From: an uncultured bacterium
GTDB lineage: Bacteria > Babelota > Babeliae > Babelales > JABCYS01
DNA: 64,000 nucleotides
NCBI GenBank assembly: GCA_963705705.1
Contig: CAVPKK010000004.1
Coordinates: 64,001-128,000, forward strand
Reading direction: 5' to 3'
The position numbers and the translations under genes were made by a program. Shown in pieces: positions 9,952 through 18,513 of this stretch (position 1 is the first letter of the stretch; each line of letters opens with the position of its first letter). The notes below the pieces were generated by a model. It was given only the letters and a program-made list of their open reading frames with translations, was not told the origin of the DNA and did not search any database.

Positions 9952-11010
9952 TCAATAAGCTTGGTGGTGTACTGGTTTTGGTGCTGGATTATGCTGTGGT
10001 TTTGGCGGCGGATTATGTGCTGGTGCATGTGATTTTGGAGGTGCTGGACTATGTGTTTGATGGTGTACTTCCGGTGCACGTACGGCAGACGCCTTTGGAG
10101 GTGCGCCGGCCAGTGGGGCCGCGTGATGTACTTCTGCTGCATGTGCGACAGGTGGCTTTGGTTGTGCGCCTGTTTTCAGAACCGTCCCGCCAGTTTTACC
10201 AGGAACTGATACAGCAGGTGCTCCAGTTTTGCCCGAACTTGTTGCAGTTGGCTTTGTCGTTGCTGTGACCGCCTTCTGAGCTTCCCCAGCCTTAACAACT
10301 GATGGTGCTGCTGCTTCCTTCTTTCCAGCTTTACTAGCTGGCGATGCAGCTACTTTCGAATGCGCAAGTGATGCCTCATATGCCTTTCTTCCAGTTGTAT
10401 TAGGTTTTAATGCTTGTGGTGCTTTTTTCGATATTTGTTCAGCCGCAGCCATCGCTTGCTTGGCATTTGGTATCTGTTTTTCTAGAGTTGCCAAGTTCTT
10501 TGCATAGGACTCGGTATTTTTTTTCTCATGCACAGCCATTTCCTCTAATGCCTTTTTTTGAGCCGGATTTTTTGCTGCCTTAGCTGCTTGCTCTAGTTGT
10601 GATGCATATAGTTTATGGTTGTTATATTCATTTCTTGCAAGTAGTGCGTCATAAGGCTTTAACTCTGCAGGAGTAGGTTGCCTCCCAAATTTAACTGGTA
10701 ATGCTGCTATCTCTGCCTTAGTCGGTTGCCTACCTAATTTAGTCGCAAGTGCTTTTATCTCTGCTTTAGTCGGGGGCCTAGGTAATGTTGCTGATAATGC
10801 AGCTTCCGCGTTTATCTTAGCTGTATACTCGGCCACGGAATTATCATAATGCAACTCATGCATCTGATCTGGAGTCATAGCTAGAAGCTCAGCAATTGAA
10901 ACTGATTTTGGTACTATTGCTCCCTGTGCCGGAGGTGGATTTGGTTGTGTGCGGCTAGCTTCAAGTGCCAGGCCAAATACCGTTGCAAATATTATCAGTA
11001 GATTTTTCAT
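9952..11010 (-). CDS. Exported low-complexity Ala/Lys/Pro-rich protein
   Basis: Signal peptide, 16-aa repeats, Pro/His-rich tail. Confidence 0.75.
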   Translation of the reverse strand: MKNLLIIFATVFGLALEASRTQPNPPPAQGAIVPKSVSIAELLAMTPDQMHELHYDNSVAEYTAKINAEAALSATLPRPPTKAEIKALATKLGRQPTKAEIAALPVKFGRQPTPAELKPYDALLARNEYNNHKLYASQLEQAAKAAKNPAQKKALEEMAVHEKKNTESYAKNLATLEKQIPNAKQAMAAAEQISKKAPQALKPNTTGRKAYEASLAHSKVAASPASKAGKKEAAAPSVVKAGEAQKAVTATTKPTATSSGKTGAPAVSVPGKTGGTVLKTGAQPKPPVAHAAEVHHAAPLAGAPPKASAVRAPEVHHQTHSPAPPKSHAPAHNPPPKPQHNPAPKPVHHQAY

Positions 11011-11378
11011 AAGCTGTCCTTGACCAAAGGGTTCCCATAGTATCTATCATTACTAACGTACTTGATGCAACTTAAAAATTTCAACAGTTGGCCTAAAGCT
11101 AACCATAAACCCCGAGGACAAGGGCTACACTATTGGTTGCGAAAAGTTGATCGTCCTCTGCCGTATGTTTAATGTTAATTACCAACCATGCTCTGAATAA
11201 TGATTATTCTGCTGAATTTGTTGTATGGCATGCAAATGAGCCGAAATTATATTTTGAGGAAGATCAGATAGCGGAAACCAGTGCAGACATTATAGGTCGC
11301 CTGTCGCTTTGACAGGTGGCTGATGACCTATAAACTGATTTATAGTACCAAATATGTCTCTGAATATCCGCTTAGTTA

Positions 11379-12044
11379 ATGATTCAACGAACAATGACAC
11401 AACGATATAAATTTTATCGAGCGCACAAATACGTCAGCACTGCATTAAATGACGTAGAACGCAAATTGGCACAAACAGATTTTAGTTCTATGGATGAAAC
11501 AACAAAGGTTTGCCAAGAGCTAAACAATCTGCTCACGATGCTGCAACATCATGCAGAGTATGAAGACAAGATGTTGCATCCACTATTGGCTCAAAAAGGT
11601 TCTAAGGTACTCGTTGCCGTTGAAGCCGATCATGAAAAACTTGAGCTAGAAATAGAAAATCTCCAAAAGCTCTGCCATGCAATAACGCATGAGTCTGATG
11701 CACATGAACGGTTAGCCAAAGGCTACACACTCTATCTGACCTACAGAAAATTTGTGGGCGATAACCTCGTACATTTGCATGAAGAAGAAACGGTTATTTT
11801 ACCTGAGCTGCAGCGCTTATATTCCGATGAAGAACTCAAAGCAGTAGGCGCAAGAAGCTATTCATTCATGACCCCAGATGACATAGTTGGTATGGTCCAA
11901 GAACTATTCCCGCATATGAGCCCTGAAGATCACCAAGCGTTCTTATCAGAGATTAAAGAAGCAGAACCGGCCAAATTTGCTCTAATTTGGGAGAGAATTA
12001 AGTCACTGGCCAGGCCAATGAGTCACGATATGAAACAACAATAA
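11379..12044 (+). CDS. Hemerythrin-like (HHE) domain protein
   Basis: H..HAEYED, DHE, HLHEEETVILP pattern. Confidence 0.8.
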   Translation: MIQRTMTQRYKFYRAHKYVSTALNDVERKLAQTDFSSMDETTKVCQELNNLLTMLQHHAEYEDKMLHPLLAQKGSKVLVAVEADHEKLELEIENLQKLCHAITHESDAHERLAKGYTLYLTYRKFVGDNLVHLHEEETVILPELQRLYSDEELKAVGARSYSFMTPDDIVGMVQELFPHMSPEDHQAFLSEIKEAEPAKFALIWERIKSLARPMSHDMKQQ

Positions 12045-12053
12045 GGAAAAATC

Positions 12054-12539
12054 ATGGAACAAAACAAATCATTAAGTAAAAGTGCACAAAGCGTCCAAGA
12101 CATTTTGTGCCATAAAGGATTACCGCTCACGGTTATTGAACTAGCTGCGAGTACGCGAACCGCACAAGACGCAGCACAGGCCATCGGCTGCAATGTTGCC
12201 CAGATTGTAAAGTCTCTTATCTTTCGCACCAAAGAAACTCACCGGCCAATTCTGGTTCTAGCCAGCGGGCCTAATCGTGTAGATGAGAAAATCATTGAAC
12301 AACAGGTTGGTGAAAAAATAACCAAGGCTGATGCAGATTTTACGCGAGAGGTTACGGGCTTTGCCATAGGTGGTATACCGCCTATTGGCCATAAGCAGCA
12401 TATTGACACCTACATCGATGAAGATCTTTTAAAATACGATGAAGTATGGGCAGCAGCCGGAACACCGAATGCAGTATTTAGTTTGCCGTCAAAAGAATTA
12501 GCCGCATTAACAGGCGGGAAGATTATTAAAATCAATTAG
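12054..12539 (+). CDS. YbaK/EbsC family aminoacyl-tRNA deacylase
   Basis: QIVKSLIF, TGFAIGGIPPIGH, WAAAGTP. Confidence 0.9.
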   Translation: MEQNKSLSKSAQSVQDILCHKGLPLTVIELAASTRTAQDAAQAIGCNVAQIVKSLIFRTKETHRPILVLASGPNRVDEKIIEQQVGEKITKADADFTREVTGFAIGGIPPIGHKQHIDTYIDEDLLKYDEVWAAAGTPNAVFSLPSKELAALTGGKIIKIN

Positions 12540-12541
12540 GA

Positions 12542-13633
12542 ATGAAGCGAATGCAACTCATAAAACGCCTCTCGCCAGCAATTCCAATATTGCTGTCTTT
12601 AACAGTCACAACTTCAGGTAGTCACTCAGCCGCTCGTATCCTTTTACCCCAAACTCACCCTGAAAGGGAACCCGAGTTTCGGGGACCCCAGTCCGATCGC
12701 CCTGAGTATTTTGCGCAGCAAAATGTATCGAAGGGTCGACAGGCACAGGACGAGCGGACATCTCTATCACGCGAACATAAAGCAACGGATGCCATCCAAT
12801 TAAAACAACAATCAGCTAATGAAAAAGCTGCCGTTTTTGATATTGGTGGCGTTCTTGTAGAAGTTAATAATAACCAGCAGATTCTTAGTAAGATTGGTTG
12901 GTGGAATATCCTAAATTACACCCTTCATTTTAATAACCCGTTTAAGCTTCGTGATCATCTACTCAAAATTGCATTCGATATCCTGTACAAAATGCGTGGC
13001 GAAAAACCTGATCCTGCGTCATTCCCTCCCGGGCATCCAATGGCCGCGGGCTTTCCAATGCCCAGCATTATGGTTGATTGGCAGCTCGGGAAAATAAGTT
13101 CAGCTGCGGTTTTAGCAGAGGCGAAAACTTTCATCAAACGGTTGGCAAAACAAGGTTACTTTAAAAATTCACTCGACGAAGAAATGACACACATTTATTT
13201 TGGGTGCATTTTTGATGCGAGCCAACGAGTTCCATTCACCGAGCCAATTAAAGAAGGCTGGGATTTAGTAAAGAAATACAAAGATGATGGCTATAGGATT
13301 TACCTGCTCTCCAACATGGACCCTGATACCATGCCACTCACCAAGGCCAAGCTTCCAAAGCTTTTTGCGATGGTTGATGGCATCGTCTACTCGAGTGCAG
13401 AACATATCATGAAACCGCAGCCAGAATTCTTTAAGATATTATTGGATAGGTACCATCTACAACCTGAGCAATGTATCTTCTTTGATGATCAGAAGGAGAA
13501 TATTGCTGCGGCACAAAAATTGGGCTTTGAAACCTTCCTATGCTCACGTGAAAGTATGAAGACTTTGCTTACGCAGCTTGAAGAAAAGCCAGATCAAGCA
13601 TCGACCGTTGTCGTTGCTGCAACTTATGTATAA
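12542..13633 (+). CDS. HAD-superfamily phosphatase with signal peptide and in-frame repeat insertion
   Basis: VFDIGGVL, LSN, KPQPEFF, FFDD..ENI motifs. Confidence 0.85.
   Translation: MKRMQLIKRLSPAIPILLSLTVTTSGSHSAARILLPQTHPEREPEFRGPQSDRPEYFAQQNVSKGRQAQDERTSLSREHKATDAIQLKQQSANEKAAVFDIGGVLVEVNNNQQILSKIGWWNILNYTLHFNNPFKLRDHLLKIAFDILYKMRGEKPDPASFPPGHPMAAGFPMPSIMVDWQLGKISSAAVLAEAKTFIKRLAKQGYFKNSLDEEMTHIYFGCIFDASQRVPFTEPIKEGWDLVKKYKDDGYRIYLLSNMDPDTMPLTKAKLPKLFAMVDGIVYSSAEHIMKPQPEFFKILLDRYHLQPEQCIFFDDQKENIAAAQKLGFETFLCSRESMKTLLTQLEEKPDQASTVVVAATYV
12630..12757. repeat. Palindromic repeat element inside the HAD gene
   Basis: CCGCTCGT...ACGAGCGG ends; internal CCCTGAGTATTTTGCGCAGCAAAATGTATCGAAGGG shared with 17795-17824. 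Confidence 0.75.
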
Positions 13634-13709
13634 TTATTCGTTTCGGGCATTGAGGAGAGGTGCAATAATTCTATTGCGCTTAAGCACTTGAGCCGGTCCT
13701 GAGGCCGGC

Positions 13710-14207
13710 CTAATCAAAATCACCAAAATCAACCATCAAATTTTTATTGCCGACAAGCTCAATAAATTTAGAAATGTCTTTTGTGGCTATGACGGTTGTG
13801 GCTGTGTTTACCAATGGATGGAAGCCGGCTTGTTCATGTTTGAAGAGATTGCTATCCAATATAACAGTGACCTTGCGCTGCACATCATTAATGAGCGCGA
13901 AGAGCGTAACCGAACCTGGTTCAACGCCGAGGGTTTCCCGCAATAGTTCAGGACTGGCAAAACGAAGTTCGGGCGCATGTAGATATTTGGATAATTTCTT
14001 CAGGGCTATGGCCGTGTCATATACGGCAACCACCAAATAAAGATTGCCCTTGCTATCCTTCAAAAATAGGTTCTTAACCCAGGCTCCTGGGATTGGAATT
14101 GCGGATGCCACCTTAACTGCTTGCTCGGCAGTAAATAATGGCTCATGCTGGTAGGTGGTATAAGGAATTGATAGCTCATCTAATTTCTTGAATACGTTTG
14201 CTGACAT
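13710..14207 (-). CDS. ProX/PrdX-type prolyl-tRNA editing protein (YbaK superfamily)
   Basis: HEPLFT, KNLFLKD, LGVEPGSVT, FHPLVNTAT. Confidence 0.9.
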   Translation of the reverse strand: MSANVFKKLDELSIPYTTYQHEPLFTAEQAVKVASAIPIPGAWVKNLFLKDSKGNLYLVVAVYDTAIALKKLSKYLHAPELRFASPELLRETLGVEPGSVTLFALINDVQRKVTVILDSNLFKHEQAGFHPLVNTATTVIATKDISKFIELVGNKNLMVDFGDFD

Positions 14208-14258
14208 GTGAATCCTTGGAATTTTTAGCGGTCAAAATAATATCACATTAACCAGCTC

Positions 14259-14289
14259 TTGACTTTCACGTTGCGTCATACTTTATAGT
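14259..14289 (+). promoter_or_regulatory. MerR-type promoter/operator
   Basis: TTGACT-19 bp-TATAGT with imperfect dyad TCACGTTGCGTCA in the spacer, directly upstream of the MerR gene. Confidence 0.8.
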
Positions 14290-14309
14290 TACCTACAGGA
14301 GACAAAACT

Positions 14310-15041
14310 ATGCAGTGGAAACCAAATGAATTTAGCAAGCTTACCAAGGTATCGGTGCGCACACTCCATCATTATGATGATATCAGCTTGCTCAAACCTT
14401 CAGCTCGGTTAGCCAACGGCTATAGGTTGTACTCCGAAACTGATTTGCAAAAGCTGGAACGAATAGTTGCTCTTAAATTTTTCGGCTTCGGCTTAAAGCA
14501 GATCAAGGTATTGGTTAACAACGATCAAGATGTTGTCAGCTCGCTCAAAGATCAGCAACGGTGTTTGGACGGGCAGATTGAACAGCTTAATCAGGCGAGA
14601 GAAGCCATCAACCAGATTCTGGCCACTTCAAAGGCCAGTCGAGAAGTTGAATGGCAAAGTATCGCTAAACTTATTGAGGTATTTCGTATGACGAAGAAAC
14701 TACAAGAAAGCTGGGCTGGCAAGGTATACACCCAAGAACAGCTACAAAAATTCGCCGAATTCGGGCAGGAATTCCCCGAGAAAGAGCGAATTGGTATAGA
14801 AAACCGCTGGAAAGCTTTGTATGCAGAAGTTGAAAAGCATTTGCATGAAGACCCAGCCGGGCCTGCTGGCAAAAAGCTAGCCAAAGTGTATAACGAACTC
14901 ATGCAAGAGATGAAGAAGGCATGGGCACCGCAACCTGAACTTTGGAAGGCTATCGGCAAGGCATATGATAAAGGCAAAATGCCTGAAGAGGCGTTCCCAA
15001 AGAAAATTCGGGAATGGCTCGAGAAGGCAGCCAAGGCATAA
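14310..15041 (+). CDS. MerR family regulator, TipA/Mta type
   Basis: VSVRTLHHYDDISLLKPS..NGYRLY HTH; TipAS-like C-terminal domain. Confidence 0.9.
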   Translation: MQWKPNEFSKLTKVSVRTLHHYDDISLLKPSARLANGYRLYSETDLQKLERIVALKFFGFGLKQIKVLVNNDQDVVSSLKDQQRCLDGQIEQLNQAREAINQILATSKASREVEWQSIAKLIEVFRMTKKLQESWAGKVYTQEQLQKFAEFGQEFPEKERIGIENRWKALYAEVEKHLHEDPAGPAGKKLAKVYNELMQEMKKAWAPQPELWKAIGKAYDKGKMPEEAFPKKIREWLEKAAKA

Positions 15042-15048
15042 TAACCGC

Positions 15049-15083
15049 AGCACTCTTGTCCATTTGGATGAGAGTGCTTTTTT
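15049..15083 (+). terminator. Rho-independent terminator
   Basis: AGCACTCT...AGAGTGCT stem plus T run. Confidence 0.7.
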
Positions 15084-15095
15084 CTTCGTAAAAAT

Positions 15096-15662
15096 ATGAA
15101 TGAAACCAATTCAAAGCTCCTCGAATGCTGGGGATGTAAAACAAAATTCCCGCCGACCGATGTTTCCATGCTCGGACCAAATGATGCCTTTCTTAGGTAT
15201 GGTGTTGCATCACCCGAATGTGCAAAGATCTTCTTTGAGCTATTGGCCTTTGGGATGGAACAATTTGGCCAGTCGACACACCAACTTATTGTTGATGCAT
15301 ATGCGGTACAACATCCAAGACATGCTGACATTCAAAAAAAACTTGGCATTTCGCCACGATTTATTGCCGCTTCTATTCAATCACCCGTTGTGCATTTACT
15401 TGGCCTTTATGCAGCGATCAATAATATTCCTTCTTCAGATGTGATCGGTAAAAAGGTGCTTGATCATATTCTTTCTAAGGGCGCAGAATTTGAAGAACTC
15501 ATGCCACCAGATAATCTTGGTAAGATGATGGCACCGGATTTGTTGAAAGCAAAGAATTTGGATGAATATACCACTTTGACCTGGCAATGGGCGCGTGAGG
15601 CATGGAGTGCATGGTCACCGCATCATGCCTCAATAAAGGTATGGTATGAAAAGTATAAGTAA
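15096..15662 (+). CDS. DUF5946-like protein
   Basis: CxxC, ASPEC, HQLIVDAYAVQHP, WAREAWSAW motifs. Confidence 0.7.
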   Translation: MNETNSKLLECWGCKTKFPPTDVSMLGPNDAFLRYGVASPECAKIFFELLAFGMEQFGQSTHQLIVDAYAVQHPRHADIQKKLGISPRFIAASIQSPVVHLLGLYAAINNIPSSDVIGKKVLDHILSKGAEFEELMPPDNLGKMMAPDLLKAKNLDEYTTLTWQWAREAWSAWSPHHASIKVWYEKYK

Positions 15663-16548
15663 GATTGCGCTTATCATTTTTTCTATTTTAGGATTCATTT
15701 TGGTCAAAAAATTGCTCATACCCAATAAATACGGACGTATCATTTTACTCAACGGCACCTCTTCAGCTGGTAAATCGGCAATTCTTGAAGAGCTTAATAA
15801 GATAGATTCATCTTTTTACATTCTCAAAGTAGATGATTGGTGGCCGCCGGTAATGAAGGCTAAGGCAAAAGAATTAGGGTGGGACGAAAATTCTCAAATG
15901 GATCCATGGATGTATCTGTATCATTATATGGCCAAAAAGACGGGCATATGGTATTTCGCAACCGAGATGCGTGAAATTTTATTTCGCGATTCAGCAAGCT
16001 TTTACCAGCTAGCTTGTGATGTTGCGCTACGAGGCCAGGATGTGATCATCGATACTGTATTGGAATACGAGCGCGAGTATAAAGAATTTGATACTTTCTT
16101 TGCTAACAAAGATATGGTTGTTAAAAAAATACTGGTTTACTGCCCGCTCGACATATTGCTCCATCGCGTAGAGCAACGAAATGCATCTGGCAATCCTGAA
16201 GAACAGCGCACTGTTTTCCAGTCATTTGAGCAATTCCCGGCTATATTTAAGGTACAAGAACATGCTGATGAACAAGTCGTTGATACCGTGCAGAGCTCAG
16301 TAATTAAACAGACGCTTGATGAGGCAATTGCTCAGTTAAAGAAACACGGTATCCCAGATCCTTCCCTGCCTCGGCTGGAAGAGTTTAGGGAAAAGTTCAT
16401 CGCGCGATTTAAGCTCGACGAACAAAAAGAGATAAAATTGGTACCAATACATTCCTATCAGCTTATATTAAATAGTAGGACAGAGACGCCGGCAAAAATG
16501 GCTCAAGATATTGTGCGGTATATCGCTTCGCTAATTACTCAAAAATAG
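15646..16548 (+). CDS. Membrane-anchored CPT-like P-loop kinase
   Basis: N-terminal TM; IILLNGTSSAGKS; VIIDTV; VYCPLDILLHR. Confidence 0.8.
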   Translation: MKSISKIALIIFSILGFILVKKLLIPNKYGRIILLNGTSSAGKSAILEELNKIDSSFYILKVDDWWPPVMKAKAKELGWDENSQMDPWMYLYHYMAKKTGIWYFATEMREILFRDSASFYQLACDVALRGQDVIIDTVLEYEREYKEFDTFFANKDMVVKKILVYCPLDILLHRVEQRNASGNPEEQRTVFQSFEQFPAIFKVQEHADEQVVDTVQSSVIKQTLDEAIAQLKKHGIPDPSLPRLEEFREKFIARFKLDEQKEIKLVPIHSYQLILNSRTETPAKMAQDIVRYIASLITQK

Positions 16549-16556
16549 ATAAAGAA

Positions 16557-16589
16557 AGGGCCACTCGTTATGAGTGGCCCTGTTGTTTT
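16557..16589. terminator. Terminator between convergent genes
   Basis: AGGGCCACTC-GTTAT-GAGTGGCCCT perfect stem. Confidence 0.8.
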
Positions 16590-16594
16590 CGCCT

Positions 16595-17548
16595 TTATTT
16601 CCCTTTCTCCGCGAGAGCTTTTTGCAAAGCTCTATCTGCATAGCTCATACCCAGAACTGCTAATACAACGCGCAGGCCACGGAATTCAAGGCCATCCCGC
16701 AATGACTTGAGGCCTTGATTCTTAACCAATGCACATAAGGTTTGCCAGGTTGATGGGAATTCGCGCAGTAAATCATCTTGCATGCATTTCCTGAGTCGGG
16801 CAGCGGGATGTGTCATCACCGCTGCAGCAACACCTGCCGTTAATGTCGCCGCAAGTTTACGCGCCTGCTCATTATCAAGATACGGTTTATAAACTCTCTC
16901 GACCAATGGCGGAAGAGCTTTAAACCCAGCTACGAAGCCGGCATCTCGGAATGCGACTGGCCAGAATCCTCGGTATAAACCACGGAGACCGTTGGTTGCA
17001 TACACCTCATTGAATGCTTGGCGAGTCGACAACAATACATTGCGATTTTCATTCGCATACTGTTGACGCTGCGCCAATAGTTCCTGCGGGCAGCTTACTA
17101 ATGCGCCAAGTCCTCCTGCGGCAGTTGCTGTTGCCAATCGTTGGCCATCAGTTAATGGTTGATGGTTCACAGCCATAACTGCCTGGTTCAAGCCTTCCGC
17201 ACAGCCATTCTGCACAGCGGTGATTGGGGCCATACCTGCAACCATGGTTCCGAAACTCGAATACCAAACGCGCGGACTAAGTGATAAGTTGCGCAAGCGC
17301 TGCGACCAGCTCTTGGCGACCTGACCAGCCGTTGGCTGCATGGCATTGGAGAAATAGAAGCACGGTGTACCCGTGATTGGCTCTAGACTTCCAAGCGCAG
17401 CGCCAACGACGGTATTTCTCGCTAATGTTGCAAGCGCCGATTTCGGCGGCGTGCTTTTGTTTTCTTCTGCATTATCCATGGCAAACATGGAGACGCAGAA
17501 TGTTACGCTGACCATTAATAGGTTCAGCACCTTATTGATGTAATGCAT
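16595..17548 (-). CDS. Mitochondrial carrier (SLC25/MCF) family protein with N-terminal signal peptide
   Basis: Three-repeat pattern: PQELLAQRQQ...GLRGLYRGF...RD; THPAARLRKCMQ...GLKSLRDGL..R; start at 17548 or 17563. Confidence 0.85.
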   Translation of the reverse strand: MHYINKVLNLLMVSVTFCVSMFAMDNAEENKSTPPKSALATLARNTVVGAALGSLEPITGTPCFYFSNAMQPTAGQVAKSWSQRLRNLSLSPRVWYSSFGTMVAGMAPITAVQNGCAEGLNQAVMAVNHQPLTDGQRLATATAAGGLGALVSCPQELLAQRQQYANENRNVLLSTRQAFNEVYATNGLRGLYRGFWPVAFRDAGFVAGFKALPPLVERVYKPYLDNEQARKLAATLTAGVAAAVMTHPAARLRKCMQDDLLREFPSTWQTLCALVKNQGLKSLRDGLEFRGLRVVLAVLGMSYADRALQKALAEKGK

Positions 17549-17677
17549 CGCATTACCTTTCATTAAAATGGGTTAAAAAAATAATTACGCAACTGCGCAA
17601 TTACCTCTTGAAGAAAAGACGCAATCATGCCCTGCAGTGCAAAATTGGCGCTATGTGTCCAATAGATTTTTTGAGAT

Positions 17678-17853
17678 GGTCGTTGATTTACTCGTCCTGC
17701 GAAGTCTCAACCTTAGCTCATATTCGCGCTTTGATTCTTCGATAAACTCAGAATGAGCGCGTTCAAGTCAATCCGGACTAGCAGCGTCGTCGGAAGTGTT
17801 TTGCGCAGCAAAACGTATCAAGGAATATGAGCAACAATAGTCAGTCAACGACC
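17678..17853. repeat. Nested palindromic (MITE/REP-like) element
   Basis: Outer IR GGTCGTTGA/TCAACGACC, inner IR GCTCATATTC/GAATATGAGC; contains modules shared with 58880, 59992 and 12698. Confidence 0.8.
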
Positions 17854-17906
17854 GATCTAATTTTTGAAATCGAAAATGTTGGGTTAAAAAAGAATGTATT
17901 GGGCGC

Positions 17907-18032
17907 TTACGCCACAATAAATCGAATGAGGTTTGAAATCAGCAGAATGCTGAGGAAGAAAGAGAAAGAAGAAATAGTAGAAAAATGAGAATATGAATGT
18001 GACGGCCGACTGGTCTGTCGCGGAGTCGTCAT
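17907..18032 (-). CDS. Possible 41-aa small protein or leader peptide
   Basis: AAAGGAA SD then MTTPRQTSRPSHSYSHFSTISSFSFFLSILLISNLIRFIVA*. Confidence 0.35.
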   Translation of the reverse strand: MTTPRQTSRPSHSYSHFSTISSFSFFLSILLISNLIRFIVA

Positions 18033-18155
18033 GATCGTTCCTTTTGGTTAAAATGATACATATAATACCCAATACCCTACCAGCTCTTCTTATAAGATCA
18101 ACCGGTAGGTTTCGGTTGCATCCATCAAATCTCGAAAATAAAAGAGTTAAGCCCT

Positions 18156-18404
18156 ATGGACACATTAAAGCCATTCTCAGAAAAAGCGCGAAACCTCAAA
18201 CTCGGTATGTATGAGCATTATAGTGGCAAACGGTACACCGTCATTTCTGTTGCACGGCATAGTGAATCATTGGAAGAGCACGTAGTATACCAAGCACATT
18301 ATGGCGATCGCGATGTCTGGGTTCGACCATTCAGCATGTTTTGTGAGCAGGTAGAAATAAACAAATTAATGGTTCCTCGGTTCCGCCACATTGAAGACGT
18401 TTAG
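18156..18404 (+). CDS. DUF1653 domain protein
   Basis: GMYEHYSGKRY.V..VARHSESLE..VVYQAHYG...WVRP..MF. Confidence 0.9.
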   Translation: MDTLKPFSEKARNLKLGMYEHYSGKRYTVISVARHSESLEEHVVYQAHYGDRDVWVRPFSMFCEQVEINKLMVPRFRHIEDV

Positions 18405-18513
18405 CGGCACTGAACGGCAATAGGCCATAAAGGCTCCTGCCTTTTGACAATAGGCAATAGGATCCTTAGGTTTAAGTTTCTTATTCTTTTTTTAAAACAC
18501 CTTAGGAGAACCT

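Noticed and set aside
11172..11312. 46-aa ORF MLITNHALNNDYSAEFVVWHANEPKLYFEED...
   Set aside because: No SD and no recognisable family; possibly a gene remnant, but this cannot be supported from the sequence alone
11291..11332. Hairpin TATAGGTC..CCTGTC..GACAGG..GACCTATA containing GCTGATGAC, reminiscent of a fluoride riboswitch 3' end
   Set aside because: The 5' GGnGAUGG part is missing, and it overlaps a TTGACA-16-TAAACT promoter-like site, so an operator or promoter is more likely
14591..15331. 246-aa minus-strand ORF
   Set aside because: Antisense shadow of the MerR and DUF5946-like genes with no recognisable motif
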